This document shows, in pieces, positions 45,692 to 56,077 of a stretch of DNA of 64,000 nucleotides (the first letter of the stretch is position 1; each line of letters opens with the position of its first letter). The notes beneath the pieces are model-generated. The model was not told where the DNA came from and made no database searches. It saw only the letters and a program-made list of their open reading frames with translations. Position numbers and translations under genes: made by a program. Location of the stretch: the NCBI GenBank assembly GCA_965267345.1, contig OZ253947.1:3648-67647 (forward strand), read 5' to 3'. This DNA comes from Minisyncoccota bacterium (GTDB lineage: Bacteria > Patescibacteriota > Minisyncoccia > Phycocordibacterales > UBA2100).

Positions 45692-46180
45692 TTAGAGCGG
45701 GCCGCCAGGGGCGCCACCTCCGCCGCCGCCATCAACAGTGATGTCGCCGACGCTGCCGCCGGTAGCACTTGAGCTTGATGTGGCGTTGGAAGTCGCAGCT
45801 CCTCCAGTGCCGCTGCCGCCCTGAGCAGCTGCTGAAACAGCGTTGTTGATCGTGGTGGCCGGAAACACGGCCGCCGCGCCAACAGCACTCGCCCCCCCAA
45901 TCAGGGTCTTGAGTACTGATGGATTGCCAACAACCGCTTGAATTTCTGCTTCACAGCTGCCGTTGGGCGTCGGTGTTTCACCGCAGGGACACCGGAACGT
46001 ACGCACCACAGACATTTCCTGGTGGACCACGTCCTGAAGGCTGTCGATCTGCCCTTCCGAGCAGGTGCCATCAGGCAGTTCCATGGTTCCCAAGCGCGTG
46101 ACCGCCGTGTTCGCACAGGCTGCCAGTAGGCCGCTACATGACATCACGATCACGAGCAGTGTCCACTTGACTCGCTTCAT
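45692..46180 (-). CDS. Orphan lipoprotein, Cys-rich with Gly/Ser tail
   Basis: Lipobox LAA|C; SD AAGGAGGTGA; TTGACA-17-CATAGT (46270 to 46242). Confidence 0.8.
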   Translation of the reverse strand: MKRVKWTLLVIVMSCSGLLAACANTAVTRLGTMELPDGTCSEGQIDSLQDVVHQEMSVVRTFRCPCGETPTPNGSCEAEIQAVVGNPSVLKTLIGGASAVGAAAVFPATTINNAVSAAAQGGSGTGGAATSNATSSSSATGGSVGDITVDGGGGGGAPGGPL

Positions 46181-46463
46181 GAATCTCACCTCCTTCCTTT
46201 CAGTTTGGAGTGAACCGATACGCGTAGAACTAACCGGAGCAACTATGCGCTATGGCGCTATGTATGTCAATTGATTGCGCGACATATTTCTTGACTCTAA
46301 CGGCAACTTTGCTAGGATAACGCCACGCGGTCGCGCGCTTTTTTTATTGTGCGCGAAACGTGTGTGTTTTTAGCTTGACAGTGCCACAGGCGAGCAAGGT
46401 TCTCGCGTTCACCTATGGCCACTGTCGCTACACATTATTTAACCGAGTAATAATACGTTACGT

Positions 46464-47660
46464 ATGGCAGAAGCTTTTGACCGTTCAAAGCCGCACGTAA
46501 ACGTCGGTACCATTGGTCACGTTGACCACGGTAAGACGACGCTTACGGCCGCTATCTTGAACTCACTGCAACTTTCGGGTCAGACCGTAAAGATGCGCAA
46601 AGTCGACGAGATCGACAATGCACCTGAAGAGAAGGAGCGTGGTATTACCATCGCCCTTTCGCACAACGAGTACGAGACGGAGAACCGCCACTACGCGCAT
46701 ATCGACGCGCCAGGTCACTCCGACTACATTAAAAACATGATCACGGGTGCCGCACAGATGGATGGCGCAATTCTCGTGGTTGCTGCGACTGACGGTTTGA
46801 TGCCGCAGACGCGTGAGCACATCTTACTTGCCAAGCAGGTGGGTGTGCCAAAAATCATCGTCTTCCTCAACAAGACCGACATGCCGGATGTTGATGACGA
46901 GATGGTTGAGCTTGTTGAAGAAGAGATCAAGGAAGTGCTCGACAAGTACGGATTTGACTCAAGCGCTACGCCATTCATTCGTGGTTCAGCACTTAAAGCT
47001 GCTGAGGCAACTGACGCGAGCGACGAGTGGGTGCAGAAGATCCTTGAGCTCACCAAGACCATGGATGAGTACTTTGAGGCACCTGAGCGCGAAACCGAGA
47101 AGCCATTCCTTATGCCGATCGAGGACATCTTCTCAATTGAAGGTCGCGGTACGGTGGTAACCGGTCGTATTGAGCGCGGTAAGATCAAAGTTGGTGAGGA
47201 AGTTGAAATCGTTGGTATTCAGGAAACCACCAAAACGACGGTGACCGGTATTGAGATGTTCAACAAGAACCTCGACGAAGGTCTCGCAGGTGACAACGCC
47301 GGCATCTTGCTTCGTGGTACTAAGAAAGACGAGGTACACCGCGGACAGGTGCTCGCACAGACAGGTTCAATTACGCCGCACACCGAGTTTGAAGCAGAGG
47401 TATACGTATTGAGCAAAGAAGAGGGCGGTCGTCACACGCCATTCTTCTCTGGCTACAAGCCACAGTTCTACATCCGCACCACTGACGTGACGGGTGAGGT
47501 AACACTTCCGGATGGTACCGAGATGGTGATGCCAGGTGACACCACGACGTTCAAGGTGAAGCTGGTTGGCCCAATTGCCCTCGAAGAGCAGATGAAGTTC
47601 GCTGTTCGTGAAGGTGGCCGCACCGTTGGTGCCGGAGTCGTAACCAAGATTGTTGCCTAG
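46464..47660 (+). CDS. tuf: Elongation factor Tu
   Basis: [33 protein letters not shown]. Confidence 0.99.
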   Translation: MAEAFDRSKPHVNVGTIGHVDHGKTTLTAAILNSLQLSGQTVKMRKVDEIDNAPEEKERGITIALSHNEYETENRHYAHIDAPGHSDYIKNMITGAAQMDGAILVVAATDGLMPQTREHILLAKQVGVPKIIVFLNKTDMPDVDDEMVELVEEEIKEVLDKYGFDSSATPFIRGSALKAAEATDASDEWVQKILELTKTMDEYFEAPERETEKPFLMPIEDIFSIEGRGTVVTGRIERGKIKVGEEVEIVGIQETTKTTVTGIEMFNKNLDEGLAGDNAGILLRGTKKDEVHRGQVLAQTGSITPHTEFEAEVYVLSKEEGGRHTPFFSGYKPQFYIRTTDVTGEVTLPDGTEMVMPGDTTTFKVKLVGPIALEEQMKFAVREGGRTVGAGVVTKIVA

Positions 47661-47722
47661 TGTGGCAACCGTGAGCCGCTGCGCTCACGATGTATCTCAC
47701 CACTGAGATACCCCAACGTTCT

Positions 47723-48082
47723 ATGACAGCAAAAAAAGCAACAACAAAGTCTGCAACGAAGACGCCGAATGCCGGTGTTGAGCGCCTACGCATCCGCGTA
47801 CGTGCCTACGAGCACAAACTGCTCGACGTCTCTGTAAAGCAGATTATCGACACCGCATTTCGTTTTGAAGCCGAAGTACGGGGGCCGGTGCCACTTCCAA
47901 CCGAAATTAAGAAGTACACCGTCAACCGCTCGACTTTCGTCCACAAGGACGCGCGAGAACAGTTCGAAATGCGTGTCCACAAGCGACTCATCGACATCTT
48001 GCACCCGACACCGCGCGTGATTGAGGCACTCACCAACATTAGTTTGCCTGCCGGTGTCAATATTGATGTCAAAATGGTGTAG
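47723..48082 (+). CDS. rpsJ: 30S ribosomal protein S10
   Basis: RIRVRAYEH, GPVPLPT, REQFEMRVHKRLIDI. Confidence 0.97.
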   Translation: MTAKKATTKSATKTPNAGVERLRIRVRAYEHKLLDVSVKQIIDTAFRFEAEVRGPVPLPTEIKKYTVNRSTFVHKDAREQFEMRVHKRLIDILHPTPRVIEALTNISLPAGVNIDVKMV

Positions 48083-48272
48083 CGTCACACGCCGCATCGC
48101 GAAACACATCCGCTCTTCACGAGCGGATGTTTTCGTATGGGCTTGCAATATTTTTCGACTCGTGTAGACTCCTGCCTACATGTCTACGTACGTGCCGAGA
48201 GACTGGCGCGTACCAATGGACCAAGACGCCGACGCATGCGTAGTGGTTCCATTGCGCATTTTTATTTTGAGT

Positions 48273-48887
48273 ATGGAAAAATTCATCATCGGAACCAAAC
48301 AGCGCATGACCCAAGTGTTTGACGACACAGGGCGTGTGCATGCAGCAACCGTTGTTGTCGTTGATCCGGGTGTCGTCACGCAGGTGAAAACGGCTGATTC
48401 TGACGGATACGCAGCGGTGCAGCTTGGCTTTGGGACACAAAAAGAAGCAAAGATTGCCAAGGCGCAAAAGGGGCACTTTAAAGATCTTGGACTGTTTCGC
48501 ACAGTACGCGAGGTACGCTCAGAAAAGAGCGATGCACCCGCACAAACAGGCGATGCCGTTGATGCGAGCGTCTTTGCTGTTGGCGACACGGTGGCGGTGA
48601 GTGCAACCACGAAAGGAAAGGGGTACCAAGGTGTCGTGAAGCGCCACAACTTTGCAGGTGGTCCACGCACACACGGTCAGAAGCACTCTGAGCGCCGCCC
48701 CGGTTCCATTGGTTCAACCGGTCCGCAGCGCGTATTCCGCGGTACCCGTATGGCGGGACGCATGGGCGGTGCACGGGTTACCGTAAAGAATTTGAAGGTG
48801 TTGCAAGTTGACGCTGACACCAATACACTCGTTATTTCAGGCGCCATTCCGGGACGTCCGGGAACGCGTGTTGAAATCCGTGGCTAA
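48273..48887 (+). CDS. rplC: 50S ribosomal protein L3
   Basis: MTQVF, DGY.AVQLG, KGKGYQGVVKRH, MAGRMG. Confidence 0.97.
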   Translation: MEKFIIGTKQRMTQVFDDTGRVHAATVVVVDPGVVTQVKTADSDGYAAVQLGFGTQKEAKIAKAQKGHFKDLGLFRTVREVRSEKSDAPAQTGDAVDASVFAVGDTVAVSATTKGKGYQGVVKRHNFAGGPRTHGQKHSERRPGSIGSTGPQRVFRGTRMAGRMGGARVTVKNLKVLQVDADTNTLVISGAIPGRPGTRVEIRG

Positions 48888-48896
48888 TCTTGATGT

Positions 48897-49601
48897 ATGA
48901 AAGCAGACGTATACACACAAAACGGTACAAAGAAAGGCACAGTGACTCTTCCGAGCGCGGTCTTTGAGGCAGCATGGAACAATGATCTCGTACATCAGGT
49001 GGTTGTTGCTATGCAGTCAAATGCACGCACGCCGGTCGCACACACGAAAGATCGCAGCGAGGTGCGCGGTGGTGGGAAGAAGCCATGGAAGCAGAAAGGG
49101 CTTGGTCGTGCACGTCACGGATCAATCCGTTCACCACTGTGGCGCGGTGGTGGTGTGACCTTCGGTCCACGCAACGATCGCAACTTTGCAAAAAAGATCA
49201 ACCGAAAGATGCGCGCCCGCGCCCTCTTTAGCGTACTCTCACGCAAGCTTGCTGACGGCGAGATTCTCTTTGTTGATTCACTCGACTTCGCAGCGCCAAA
49301 AACAGCACAGGCACGGGAGGTACTGACTGCACTGTCAGGCATTACTGGCTACGAGACACTCACCAGCAAGAAGCACAATACAGCCTACATTGCACTGCCC
49401 GAAAAGAATGATGCCATTCAGAAGAGCTTCAGCAACTTTGGGAACGTAAAGGTGAGCGACGTGCGCAACCTCAACCCCGTTGACGCACTGACGTACAAAA
49501 CACTCGTTATCGTCGGACCTGACGTGAGCGTCGCCGAGTTGGCAAAGCGCGCGACAGTCGCGCGCGGCGCAAGCGCAGAGGTAGCAGAAACTAACGCATA
49601 G
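48897..49601 (+). CDS. rplD: 50S ribosomal protein L4
   Basis: RSEVRGGGKKPWKQKG.GRARHGSIRSP. Confidence 0.97.
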   Translation: MKADVYTQNGTKKGTVTLPSAVFEAAWNNDLVHQVVVAMQSNARTPVAHTKDRSEVRGGGKKPWKQKGLGRARHGSIRSPLWRGGGVTFGPRNDRNFAKKINRKMRARALFSVLSRKLADGEILFVDSLDFAAPKTAQAREVLTALSGITGYETLTSKKHNTAYIALPEKNDAIQKSFSNFGNVKVSDVRNLNPVDALTYKTLVIVGPDVSVAELAKRATVARGASAEVAETNA

Positions 49602-49605
49602 GCAT

Positions 49606-49977
49606 ATGGCAGCACTCTTTGGAAAAAAGAACGACGAACAGGCAACCGATGCGCAGCAGACAGCGCAGGCGCCTGCTGCAACGCACGGTGGTGCGATGAA
49701 CCTCGAAGCGGTGCTGCGCAACCCGCGCATTACTGAGAAGGCAACCATCGGCACACACGACCGTGTGTACGTCTTCGATATTGCGCCTGAGACGAACAAG
49801 CGTGCGGTGAAGCAGGCAATGAAGGCGGTCTACAACGTCGAGCCGGTGAAGGTGAACGTTGTGACGGTACCGTCGAAAAACGTCCGCAGTATGCGCACGG
49901 GCATCAAAGGGGTGAAGTCGGGCGGCAAGAAGGCCTACGTATACCTCAAGAGCGGTGACAGTATTTCAATCATGTAA
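49606..49977 (+). CDS. rplW: 50S ribosomal protein L23
   Basis: PRITEKA, YVF, NV...VNV, KKAYV.L; operon position. Confidence 0.95.
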   Translation: MAALFGKKNDEQATDAQQTAQAPAATHGGAMNLEAVLRNPRITEKATIGTHDRVYVFDIAPETNKRAVKQAMKAVYNVEPVKVNVVTVPSKNVRSMRTGIKGVKSGGKKAYVYLKSGDSISIM

Positions 49978-49981
49978 GTCT

Positions 49982-50827
49982 ATGAAGCAGTACAAACCAA
50001 CAACTCCGGGCCGACGCGGCATGACACGGATTTCATACAAGAAAAAGCTCACGGCGAAAAAGCCGCTGAAGGCACTGACGCGTGGCGGCAAGCGTGCTGT
50101 TGGGCGCAACTCAGCGGGACGCATTACGACACGCCACAAAGGTGGCGGCCACAAGCGTCGTTGGCGTGACATTGATTTCGGCTACAAAAAACAGGGTATT
50201 CCTGCACGCATTGAGACCATTGAGTACGACCCAAACCGCTCAGCCTTTATTGGTCTTGTAGTATACGCAGACGGTGAACGTCGCTACCGTGTCGTCCCGA
50301 AGACGGCACACGTCGGCGACATCTTCCGTACGTCACCTGAGGCACCCGCAAAGGCGGGAAATGCACTGCCACTGGGCAAAATGCCAATTGGTACGTTTGT
50401 GTTCAACATCGAACTGAAGCCTGAAAGTGGTGCGAAACTTGCACGCTCGGCGGGAAATTACGCTGAGGTCATTGCCCACGACGCCGGCTACACGCAACTC
50501 AAAATGCCATCAACTGAGGTACGTCGCGTTATCAGCACTGCATGGGCAACTGTCGGTGAAGTCAGTAACGAAGAGCACAAGCTCGTGACGATCGGTAAAG
50601 CCGGCCGCAGTCGCTGGCTCGGCAAGCGCCCAACTGTGCGTGGTTCTGTGATGAACCCAGTTGACCACCCACACGGTGGTGGTGAAGGCCGCGCCGGACG
50701 CGGTCACCGTCGCGCCCGCAGCAAGTGGGGTAAGCCAACCGGCAAGGGACAGAAAACGCGTACCCCGAAAAAGTACTCAAACTTCGCAATTGTCAGTCGT
50801 CGCAAGGTTGGCAAGAAGCGAAAATAG
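49982..50827 (+). CDS. rplB: 50S ribosomal protein L2
   Basis: RHKGGGHKR, IEYDPNRSA, MNPVDHPHGGGEG. Confidence 0.98.
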   Translation: MKQYKPTTPGRRGMTRISYKKKLTAKKPLKALTRGGKRAVGRNSAGRITTRHKGGGHKRRWRDIDFGYKKQGIPARIETIEYDPNRSAFIGLVVYADGERRYRVVPKTAHVGDIFRTSPEAPAKAGNALPLGKMPIGTFVFNIELKPESGAKLARSAGNYAEVIAHDAGYTQLKMPSTEVRRVISTAWATVGEVSNEEHKLVTIGKAGRSRWLGKRPTVRGSVMNPVDHPHGGGEGRAGRGHRRARSKWGKPTGKGQKTRTPKKYSNFAIVSRRKVGKKRK

Positions 50828-50968
50828 CATCGAAAAATCCCCGCCAATACGGCGGGGATTTTCAGTGCCACTGCCGCACACATCAATGCGTAAAAAAGCC
50901 CGAAATAAATTGACTTTTGAATCTGTTTCGCATAGTATGGTGCGCACGCCAACGAGGCGGCTTTTTGT

Positions 50969-51298
50969 ATGACACGATCACTAAAGAAAGGACCATTTGT
51001 TGACCCGAAGCTGTTGAAGAAAATCGACGGCAAAAATCCGGATGCAGCGGGCGTTATTAAGACGTGGGCGCGCCGGAGTGACATCGCACCTGAGATGGTG
51101 GGATTCACGTTTGGGGTTCACAATGGTCGCCAGCATATTGACGTGCTGGTCACTGAAGAGATGGTCGGCCACAAGCTCGGTGAATTTGCACCGACAAAAA
51201 CATTCCACCGTCACGGAGGTAAGATGCAGAAGGAGCTTGAGCAGAAGAAGAAGGACGCTGAAATTGCAGCTGCAAAAGCTGCAAAGGCGGCTGCGTAA
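50969..51298 (+). CDS. rpsS: 30S ribosomal protein S19
   Basis: [26 protein letters not shown]. Confidence 0.98.
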   Translation: MTRSLKKGPFVDPKLLKKIDGKNPDAAGVIKTWARRSDIAPEMVGFTFGVHNGRQHIDVLVTEEMVGHKLGEFAPTKTFHRHGGKMQKELEQKKKDAEIAAAKAAKAAA

Positions 51299-51321
51299 TC
51301 CGTATCGCGTGAGAGCAACGT

Positions 51322-51645
51322 ATGAAAGCAACACTGAACAACTACCGACAGTCACCGCGCAAGGTTCGCCTTGTTGCTGACTTAATTCGTGGCAAGGACG
51401 TGACGCGCGCGCGCGGTATTCTGCGTTTCCTCGACAAGAAATCGGCGCCTGACATGAAGAAGTTGCTTGAATCAGCCATTGCCAACGCACAGCAGCACAA
51501 GCAGGCTATCGACAACCTTGTCGTGAAGGACATCCGCGTTGATAGTGGTATTGCACTACGCCGCTGGCGTCCACGTGCATTCGGCCGCGCTATGCCGTTT
51601 CGCCGTCGCACGAGTCGCATTACGTTACAGCTGGGAGAGAAGTAG
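51322..51645 (+). CDS. rplV: 50S ribosomal protein L22
   Basis: SPRKVRLVADLIRGK, SAIANA, PRAFGRA. Confidence 0.97.
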   Translation: MKATLNNYRQSPRKVRLVADLIRGKDVTRARGILRFLDKKSAPDMKKLLESAIANAQQHKQAIDNLVVKDIRVDSGIALRRWRPRAFGRAMPFRRRTSRITLQLGEK

Positions 51646-51661
51646 TTTTTGATTTTATTTT

Positions 51662-52333
51662 ATGACGCACACCGTACATCCATACGCACACCGACTCGGC
51701 ATTATTCGTGACTGGAAGTCACGCTGGTTTGGTAATAATGCCAAGCAGTACCGTGAGAACCTTCGTGTTGACACGGCGCTACGCACCTACCTGACAAAGC
51801 GTCTCCGCGGTTTGTACGTCACGGTGGTTGAAATTGAGCGCGACGAAAAGATGCTGCGCCTGACTCTCAAGACGTCACGTCCGGGTATGGTCATCGGACG
51901 CGCAGGTGAAGGCATGAACAAGCTGCTTGCAGACGTGCGTACCCAGCTCAAAAAGCTGCGCCTCGAAGAGACACCAGAAGTGAAGATCGACGTTGCGGAA
52001 GTACGCTCACCCGAGTCGCATGCAGCTATTGTCGCGTACATGATTGCCGAAGGGCTCGAGAAGCGTATGCCACACCGCCGCATTCTTAAGCAGACCGTTG
52101 AGAAGGTTATGGCAAACCGTGACGTCAAAGGCGTACGCATTGCCGTCGCTGGCCGTCTCGGCGGTGCTGAGATGTCACGCCGTGAAGAAATTAAGCGTGG
52201 CCGTATTCCGCTGCAGACCTTCCGTGCTGACATTGACTACGCACGCGAGAAAGCGTACCTGCCGTACGGTGTGATCGGCATCAAGGTATGGGTCTACCGC
52301 GGTGAGATTTTTGATACTGACCCTAATGCGTAA
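51662..52333 (+). CDS. rpsC: 30S ribosomal protein S3
   Basis: [36 protein letters not shown]. Confidence 0.98.
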   Translation: MTHTVHPYAHRLGIIRDWKSRWFGNNAKQYRENLRVDTALRTYLTKRLRGLYVTVVEIERDEKMLRLTLKTSRPGMVIGRAGEGMNKLLADVRTQLKKLRLEETPEVKIDVAEVRSPESHAAIVAYMIAEGLEKRMPHRRILKQTVEKVMANRDVKGVRIAVAGRLGGAEMSRREEIKRGRIPLQTFRADIDYAREKAYLPYGVIGIKVWVYRGEIFDTDPNA

Positions 52334-52338
52334 GGCTT

Positions 52339-52758
52339 ATGTTGTTCCCGAAGAAAGCAAAACACCGAAAGTGGCAAACAGGACGCATGCATCCGGAGAA
52401 GCGCCAGCGACCGGCAAGCCGCGGCGTTGATGTGTCATTTGGTTCTTATGGCCTCAAAGCAACAACGCCAGCGCGTATTACCTCAAACCAAATTGAGGCA
52501 TCACGTAAGGTGATTGTGCGCGCCATCGGCAAGTTCGGCAAAATGTGGATTCGCATTTTCCCTGATCGTCCCGTCACGGCAAAAGCAGCCGAAGTCGGCA
52601 TGGGTAAAGGAAAGGGTGACCCACAGGGCTACGTTGTTGAAGTGCGCCCGGGTCGTGTGCTATTTGAAATTGACGGCGTGTCTGAAACGGTCGCACGCGA
52701 AGCGCTGCGCAAAGCAGGTATGAAATTGCCCGTTAAGACTAAGTTTGTCGCCCGATAA
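52339..52758 (+). CDS. rplP: 50S ribosomal protein L16
   Basis: QIEASR, WIRIFPD, MGKGKG. Confidence 0.97.
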   Translation: MLFPKKAKHRKWQTGRMHPEKRQRPASRGVDVSFGSYGLKATTPARITSNQIEASRKVIVRAIGKFGKMWIRIFPDRPVTAKAAEVGMGKGKGDPQGYVVEVRPGRVLFEIDGVSETVAREALRKAGMKLPVKTKFVAR

Positions 52759-52940
52759 TGCGTATGACTGACTTGAAGAAAAAAAGCGTCAAAGATCTCG
52801 AGAAACTGCTCAAAGAGCAGCGCAAAGCGCTCCGCGAATTCCGTTTTTCAAGCGCGGGGTCACGCGTGCGCAATGTGCGCGATGGGCGCAACACACGACG
52901 CTCCATTGCTCGTATTTTAACCGAACTTAACAACCGCTAA
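52758..52940 (+). CDS. rpmC: 50S ribosomal protein L29
   Basis: LREFRF...RRSIARILT; operon position (start may be 52764). Confidence 0.92.
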   Translation: MRMTDLKKKSVKDLEKLLKEQRKALREFRFSSAGSRVRNVRDGRNTRRSIARILTELNNR

Positions 52941-52944
52941 GCCT

Positions 52945-53214
52945 ATGGAAGAGAAGAACACCACAGTCCGTAAAGGAAAAGTATTGCGCGGTACCGTCGT
53001 TGGTACTGACATGAAAGACACGGCAAAGGTTGCGGTTGCGCGGTACGTACGCCACCCGAAGTACAAGAAATTTATCAAACTGGTGAAGAAGTACCTCGTG
53101 CACGACGAGGGAAACACGGCGGTCGTCGGCGACACGGTCTCGATCCGCGAAACCCGACCGATTTCAAAGCGTAAGCATTTCGTCCTTGCCGAGAAAAACG
53201 AGCAGGCGCAGTAA
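52945..53214 (+). CDS. rpsQ: 30S ribosomal protein S17
   Basis: HPKYKK, HDEGN, ETRPISKRK. Confidence 0.97.
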   Translation: MEEKNTTVRKGKVLRGTVVGTDMKDTAKVAVARYVRHPKYKKFIKLVKKYLVHDEGNTAVVGDTVSIRETRPISKRKHFVLAEKNEQAQ

Positions 53215-53234
53215 CCTAGGGTAATGAGTGACGT

Positions 53235-53606
53235 ATGATTCAGACACAGACAATCGTAAAAATTGCAGACAACTCCGGCGCACGCATCGGTCGCGTGTTC
53301 AAAATACTCGGCGGTTCAAAGCGCCGCTACGCACGCATTGGTGACGAAGTGGTGATCGCCGTGCAGAGCGCCGAGCCGCGCAAGCCGGTGAAAAAGAAAG
53401 ATGTGGTACGTGCGGTGATCGTACGCCAGCGTCAGCCGCTCCGCCGTGCCGATGGCTCATACATTCGTTTCGACGAGAATGCGGCTGTTATTGTTGAGAA
53501 AGGGAAGAAAGAGCCAAAAGCGAACCGTATTTTCGGACCGATTCCACGCGAGATTGCCGAGCGTGGCTACCAAAAGATTGTCTCGTTAGCACCTGAAGTA
53601 GTATAA
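53235..53606 (+). CDS. rplN: 50S ribosomal protein L14
   Basis: MIQ...ADNSGA, IRFDENAAV, RIFGPI.RE, SLAPEV. Confidence 0.98.
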   Translation: MIQTQTIVKIADNSGARIGRVFKILGGSKRRYARIGDEVVIAVQSAEPRKPVKKKDVVRAVIVRQRQPLRRADGSYIRFDENAAVIVEKGKKEPKANRIFGPIPREIAERGYQKIVSLAPEVV

Positions 53607-53611
53607 GGCGT

Positions 53612-53923
53612 ATGAAGATCAAGAAAGGAGACAAAGTCATTGTCATTGCCGGCAAAGATAAAGGCACAACAGGCAAAGTGCTGCGTACACTGCCACGTGA
53701 GGACAAAGTCGTCGTTGAAGGTGTCCACGTGGTCAAGCGTCACCAGCGCTCACGCCGTCGATCAGAAGGAGGGCAGATTGTCGAAAAGGCCCTGCCGGTG
53801 CACGTATCGAACGTTGCCCTTGCTGACCCGAAGACAGGAAAGCCAACGCGTATTGGAATCACCCGCGACGAAAAGGGTGGCCGCAGCCGTGTGGCGAAAA
53901 AGAGTAATACGGTAATTTCGTAA
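53612..53923 (+). CDS. rplX: 50S ribosomal protein L24
   Basis: KIKKGDKVIVIAGKDKG, PVHVSNV. Confidence 0.98.
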   Translation: MKIKKGDKVIVIAGKDKGTTGKVLRTLPREDKVVVEGVHVVKRHQRSRRRSEGGQIVEKALPVHVSNVALADPKTGKPTRIGITRDEKGGRSRVAKKSNTVIS

Positions 53924-53927
53924 GTAT

Positions 53928-54473
53928 ATGCAGATCACGACCCAAAAAAAAGAAAAAGAAGTCTTCGCGCAATTGAAAGAGCGCTTTGGCTACACCAACC
54001 GCATGCAGGCACCACGCTTGGAGAAGATTGTCGTGGCGACCGGTACCGGTTCACATAAGAATGCGAACACCGAGCTCATCGTTGATCGTCTTGCACGCAT
54101 TACCGGACAGATGCCAAAAGAGAACGTGGCAAAGAAATCAATTGCCACCTTTAAGCTGCGTGAAGGAAGTGTGATTGGACACTCGGTAACGCTTCGCGGT
54201 AAGCGTATGTACGACTTTTTGGACAAACTTATTCACATTGCGCTGCCACGAACCCGCGACTTTCGCGGCCTGAACGTCGGCCAGATCGATGAGATGGGGA
54301 ACTACACCATCGGCATCAAGGAACACACCATTTTCCCTGAGACCTCAGATGAGGAGTTGCGCGACATTTTCGGGCTCGGTGTGACGCTCGTAACCACAGC
54401 GAAGACAAAAGAAGAAGCAGAAAGCTTCCTGCGCGAACTCGGACTGCCGCTCAAAAAGGCACAAAACGCCTAG
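53928..54473 (+). CDS. rplE: 50S ribosomal protein L5
   Basis: ITGQ.P, AKKSIATFKLREG, LPRTRDFRG. Confidence 0.98.
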   Translation: MQITTQKKEKEVFAQLKERFGYTNRMQAPRLEKIVVATGTGSHKNANTELIVDRLARITGQMPKENVAKKSIATFKLREGSVIGHSVTLRGKRMYDFLDKLIHIALPRTRDFRGLNVGQIDEMGNYTIGIKEHTIFPETSDEELRDIFGLGVTLVTTAKTKEEAESFLRELGLPLKKAQNA

Positions 54474-54598
54474 CACCCGACACTAACCCGTCACAATTGT
54501 GGCGGGTTGTTTCGTTTGTCAATAGAGCGCTCAAAATAGTTTGACATAGGGCATTATTTTGCTACTATGCCTCTGCCCTACGGGGGCCGTTTTTTTAT

Positions 54599-54784
54599 AT
54601 GGCAAAGAAATCAATGATAGCAAAAGCCCGAAAGACGCCGAAGTTCGCGTCTCGCGTGGTGCGCCGCTGTTTCAAGTGCGGTCGACCGCGTGGGTACATG
54701 CGCGACTTTGACCTGTGTCGCGTGTGCTTCCGTGAGGAGGCGCTTGAGGGCCACATTCCGGGCGTAAAGAAATCATCATGGTAG
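54599..54784 (+). CDS. rpsN: 30S ribosomal protein S14 (zinc-binding type)
   Basis: RCFKCGRPR...LCRVCFRE...PGVKKSSW. Confidence 0.97.
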   Translation: MAKKSMIAKARKTPKFASRVVRRCFKCGRPRGYMRDFDLCRVCFREEALEGHIPGVKKSSW

Positions 54785-55173
54785 GAGACCCAGTCGGAGA
54801 CTTTATTGTGCGTTTGAAAAATGCTGGTGCGGTACGGCACGAGTCAGTGAGTGTGCCGCACTCAAAGATGAAGATGGCTATCGCTGAAGTACTCCGTGAC
54901 GCCGGATTTGTTAAGTCAGTTGAAAAGCGCGGGAAGAAGGTGCGCAAGACGCTCCACGTTGAGCTCATGTACGGCAAAGACGGACGCCCACGTATTACGA
55001 ACGCGCGTCGCATCTCGAAGCCGAGTCGTCGCATGTATCGTGCCGCTGACGAGCTTCGCCCCGTACGCTACGGTACTGGCGCATTGGTCCTCTCAACGCC
55101 ACAAGGCATTCTCACTGACGAACAGGCACGCAAAGCCCACATCGGCGGTGAAGCATTATTTGAAATCTGGTAG
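54778..55173 (+). CDS. rpsH: 30S ribosomal protein S8
   Basis: DP..D...RLKNA, ISKPSRR.Y, LSTPQG, GGE. Confidence 0.97.
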   Translation: MVGDPVGDFIVRLKNAGAVRHESVSVPHSKMKMAIAEVLRDAGFVKSVEKRGKKVRKTLHVELMYGKDGRPRITNARRISKPSRRMYRAADELRPVRYGTGALVLSTPQGILTDEQARKAHIGGEALFEIW

Positions 55174-55175
55174 GT

Positions 55176-55712
55176 ATGAGTCGCATTGGTAAACTATATA
55201 CAGCAATTCCTGCAGGGACCGACGTGTCGGTTGCTGACGGTGTACTCGTGGTAAAGGGGCCAAAGGGTGAACTGCGCAAGCGCGTGCATCCGGCAGTTAC
55301 GATTACCGTTGCGGACGGTGAGGCTGTGGTGCATCCGGCTGACGATTCACGCATGGCACAGGCACTGTGGGGCACGTTTTCATCGCACGTACAGAACATG
55401 GTCGCGGGGGTGAACGAGGGCTTTGAAAAGCAGCTGACAGTTGAAGGCGTCGGCTACAAGGCAAACATGCAGGGCGACACACTCGTGCTCGATGTTGGCT
55501 TTTCGCACTCAGTTGAGATGCCCGTACCCGAAGGCCTTGAGGTGACCGCGGAGAAGAACATGGTTACCGTCAAGGGAACGGATAAAGAAAAAGTGGGGCA
55601 GTTTGCGGCAGATGTACGTGCCACCAAGAAGCCTGAGCCATACAAGGGTAAGGGTGTTCGCTACGTCGGGGAAGTGGTTCGCCGCAAGGAAGGTAAGCGC
55701 GCAACTGCGTAG
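55176..55712 (+). CDS. rplF: 50S ribosomal protein L6
   Basis: MSRIGK, KGPKGEL, GVGYKA, PEPYKGKG. Confidence 0.98.
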   Translation: MSRIGKLYTAIPAGTDVSVADGVLVVKGPKGELRKRVHPAVTITVADGEAVVHPADDSRMAQALWGTFSSHVQNMVAGVNEGFEKQLTVEGVGYKANMQGDTLVLDVGFSHSVEMPVPEGLEVTAEKNMVTVKGTDKEKVGQFAADVRATKKPEPYKGKGVRYVGEVVRRKEGKRATA

Positions 55713-55726
55713 TACGAAGCAAGTAT

Positions 55727-56074
55727 ATGGATACACGAGAAAAAACAGCACGACGAATGCAACGAAAACAGCGTGTTCGCGCACGTATTTTCGGTACGGC
55801 ACAGCGACCACGGTTAACCGTATTTCGCTCAAATACACAGATGACCGCGCAACTCGTTGATGACGAGAACCACACAACACTTGCTGCAGTGGATTCAGGA
55901 AGCCAGAAAGGGGCAACGCCACGCGAACGCATTATGGCTGCAGGGGCGGCCATTGCTGCAGCGGCGAAGGACAAGAATATCACCCACGTGGTGTTCGATC
56001 GCAGCGGGTACCTGTACACGGGAAATATAAAAGCATTTGCTGACGCAGCACGCGAAGCAGGACTTACGTTTTAG
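55727..56074 (+). CDS. rplR: 50S ribosomal protein L18
   Basis: RPRLTVFRSN, VFDRSGYLY.G, AREAGL. Confidence 0.97.
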   Translation: MDTREKTARRMQRKQRVRARIFGTAQRPRLTVFRSNTQMTAQLVDDENHTTLAAVDSGSQKGATPRERIMAAGAAIAAAAKDKNITHVVFDRSGYLYTGNIKAFADAAREAGLTF

Positions 56075-56077
56075 TAT

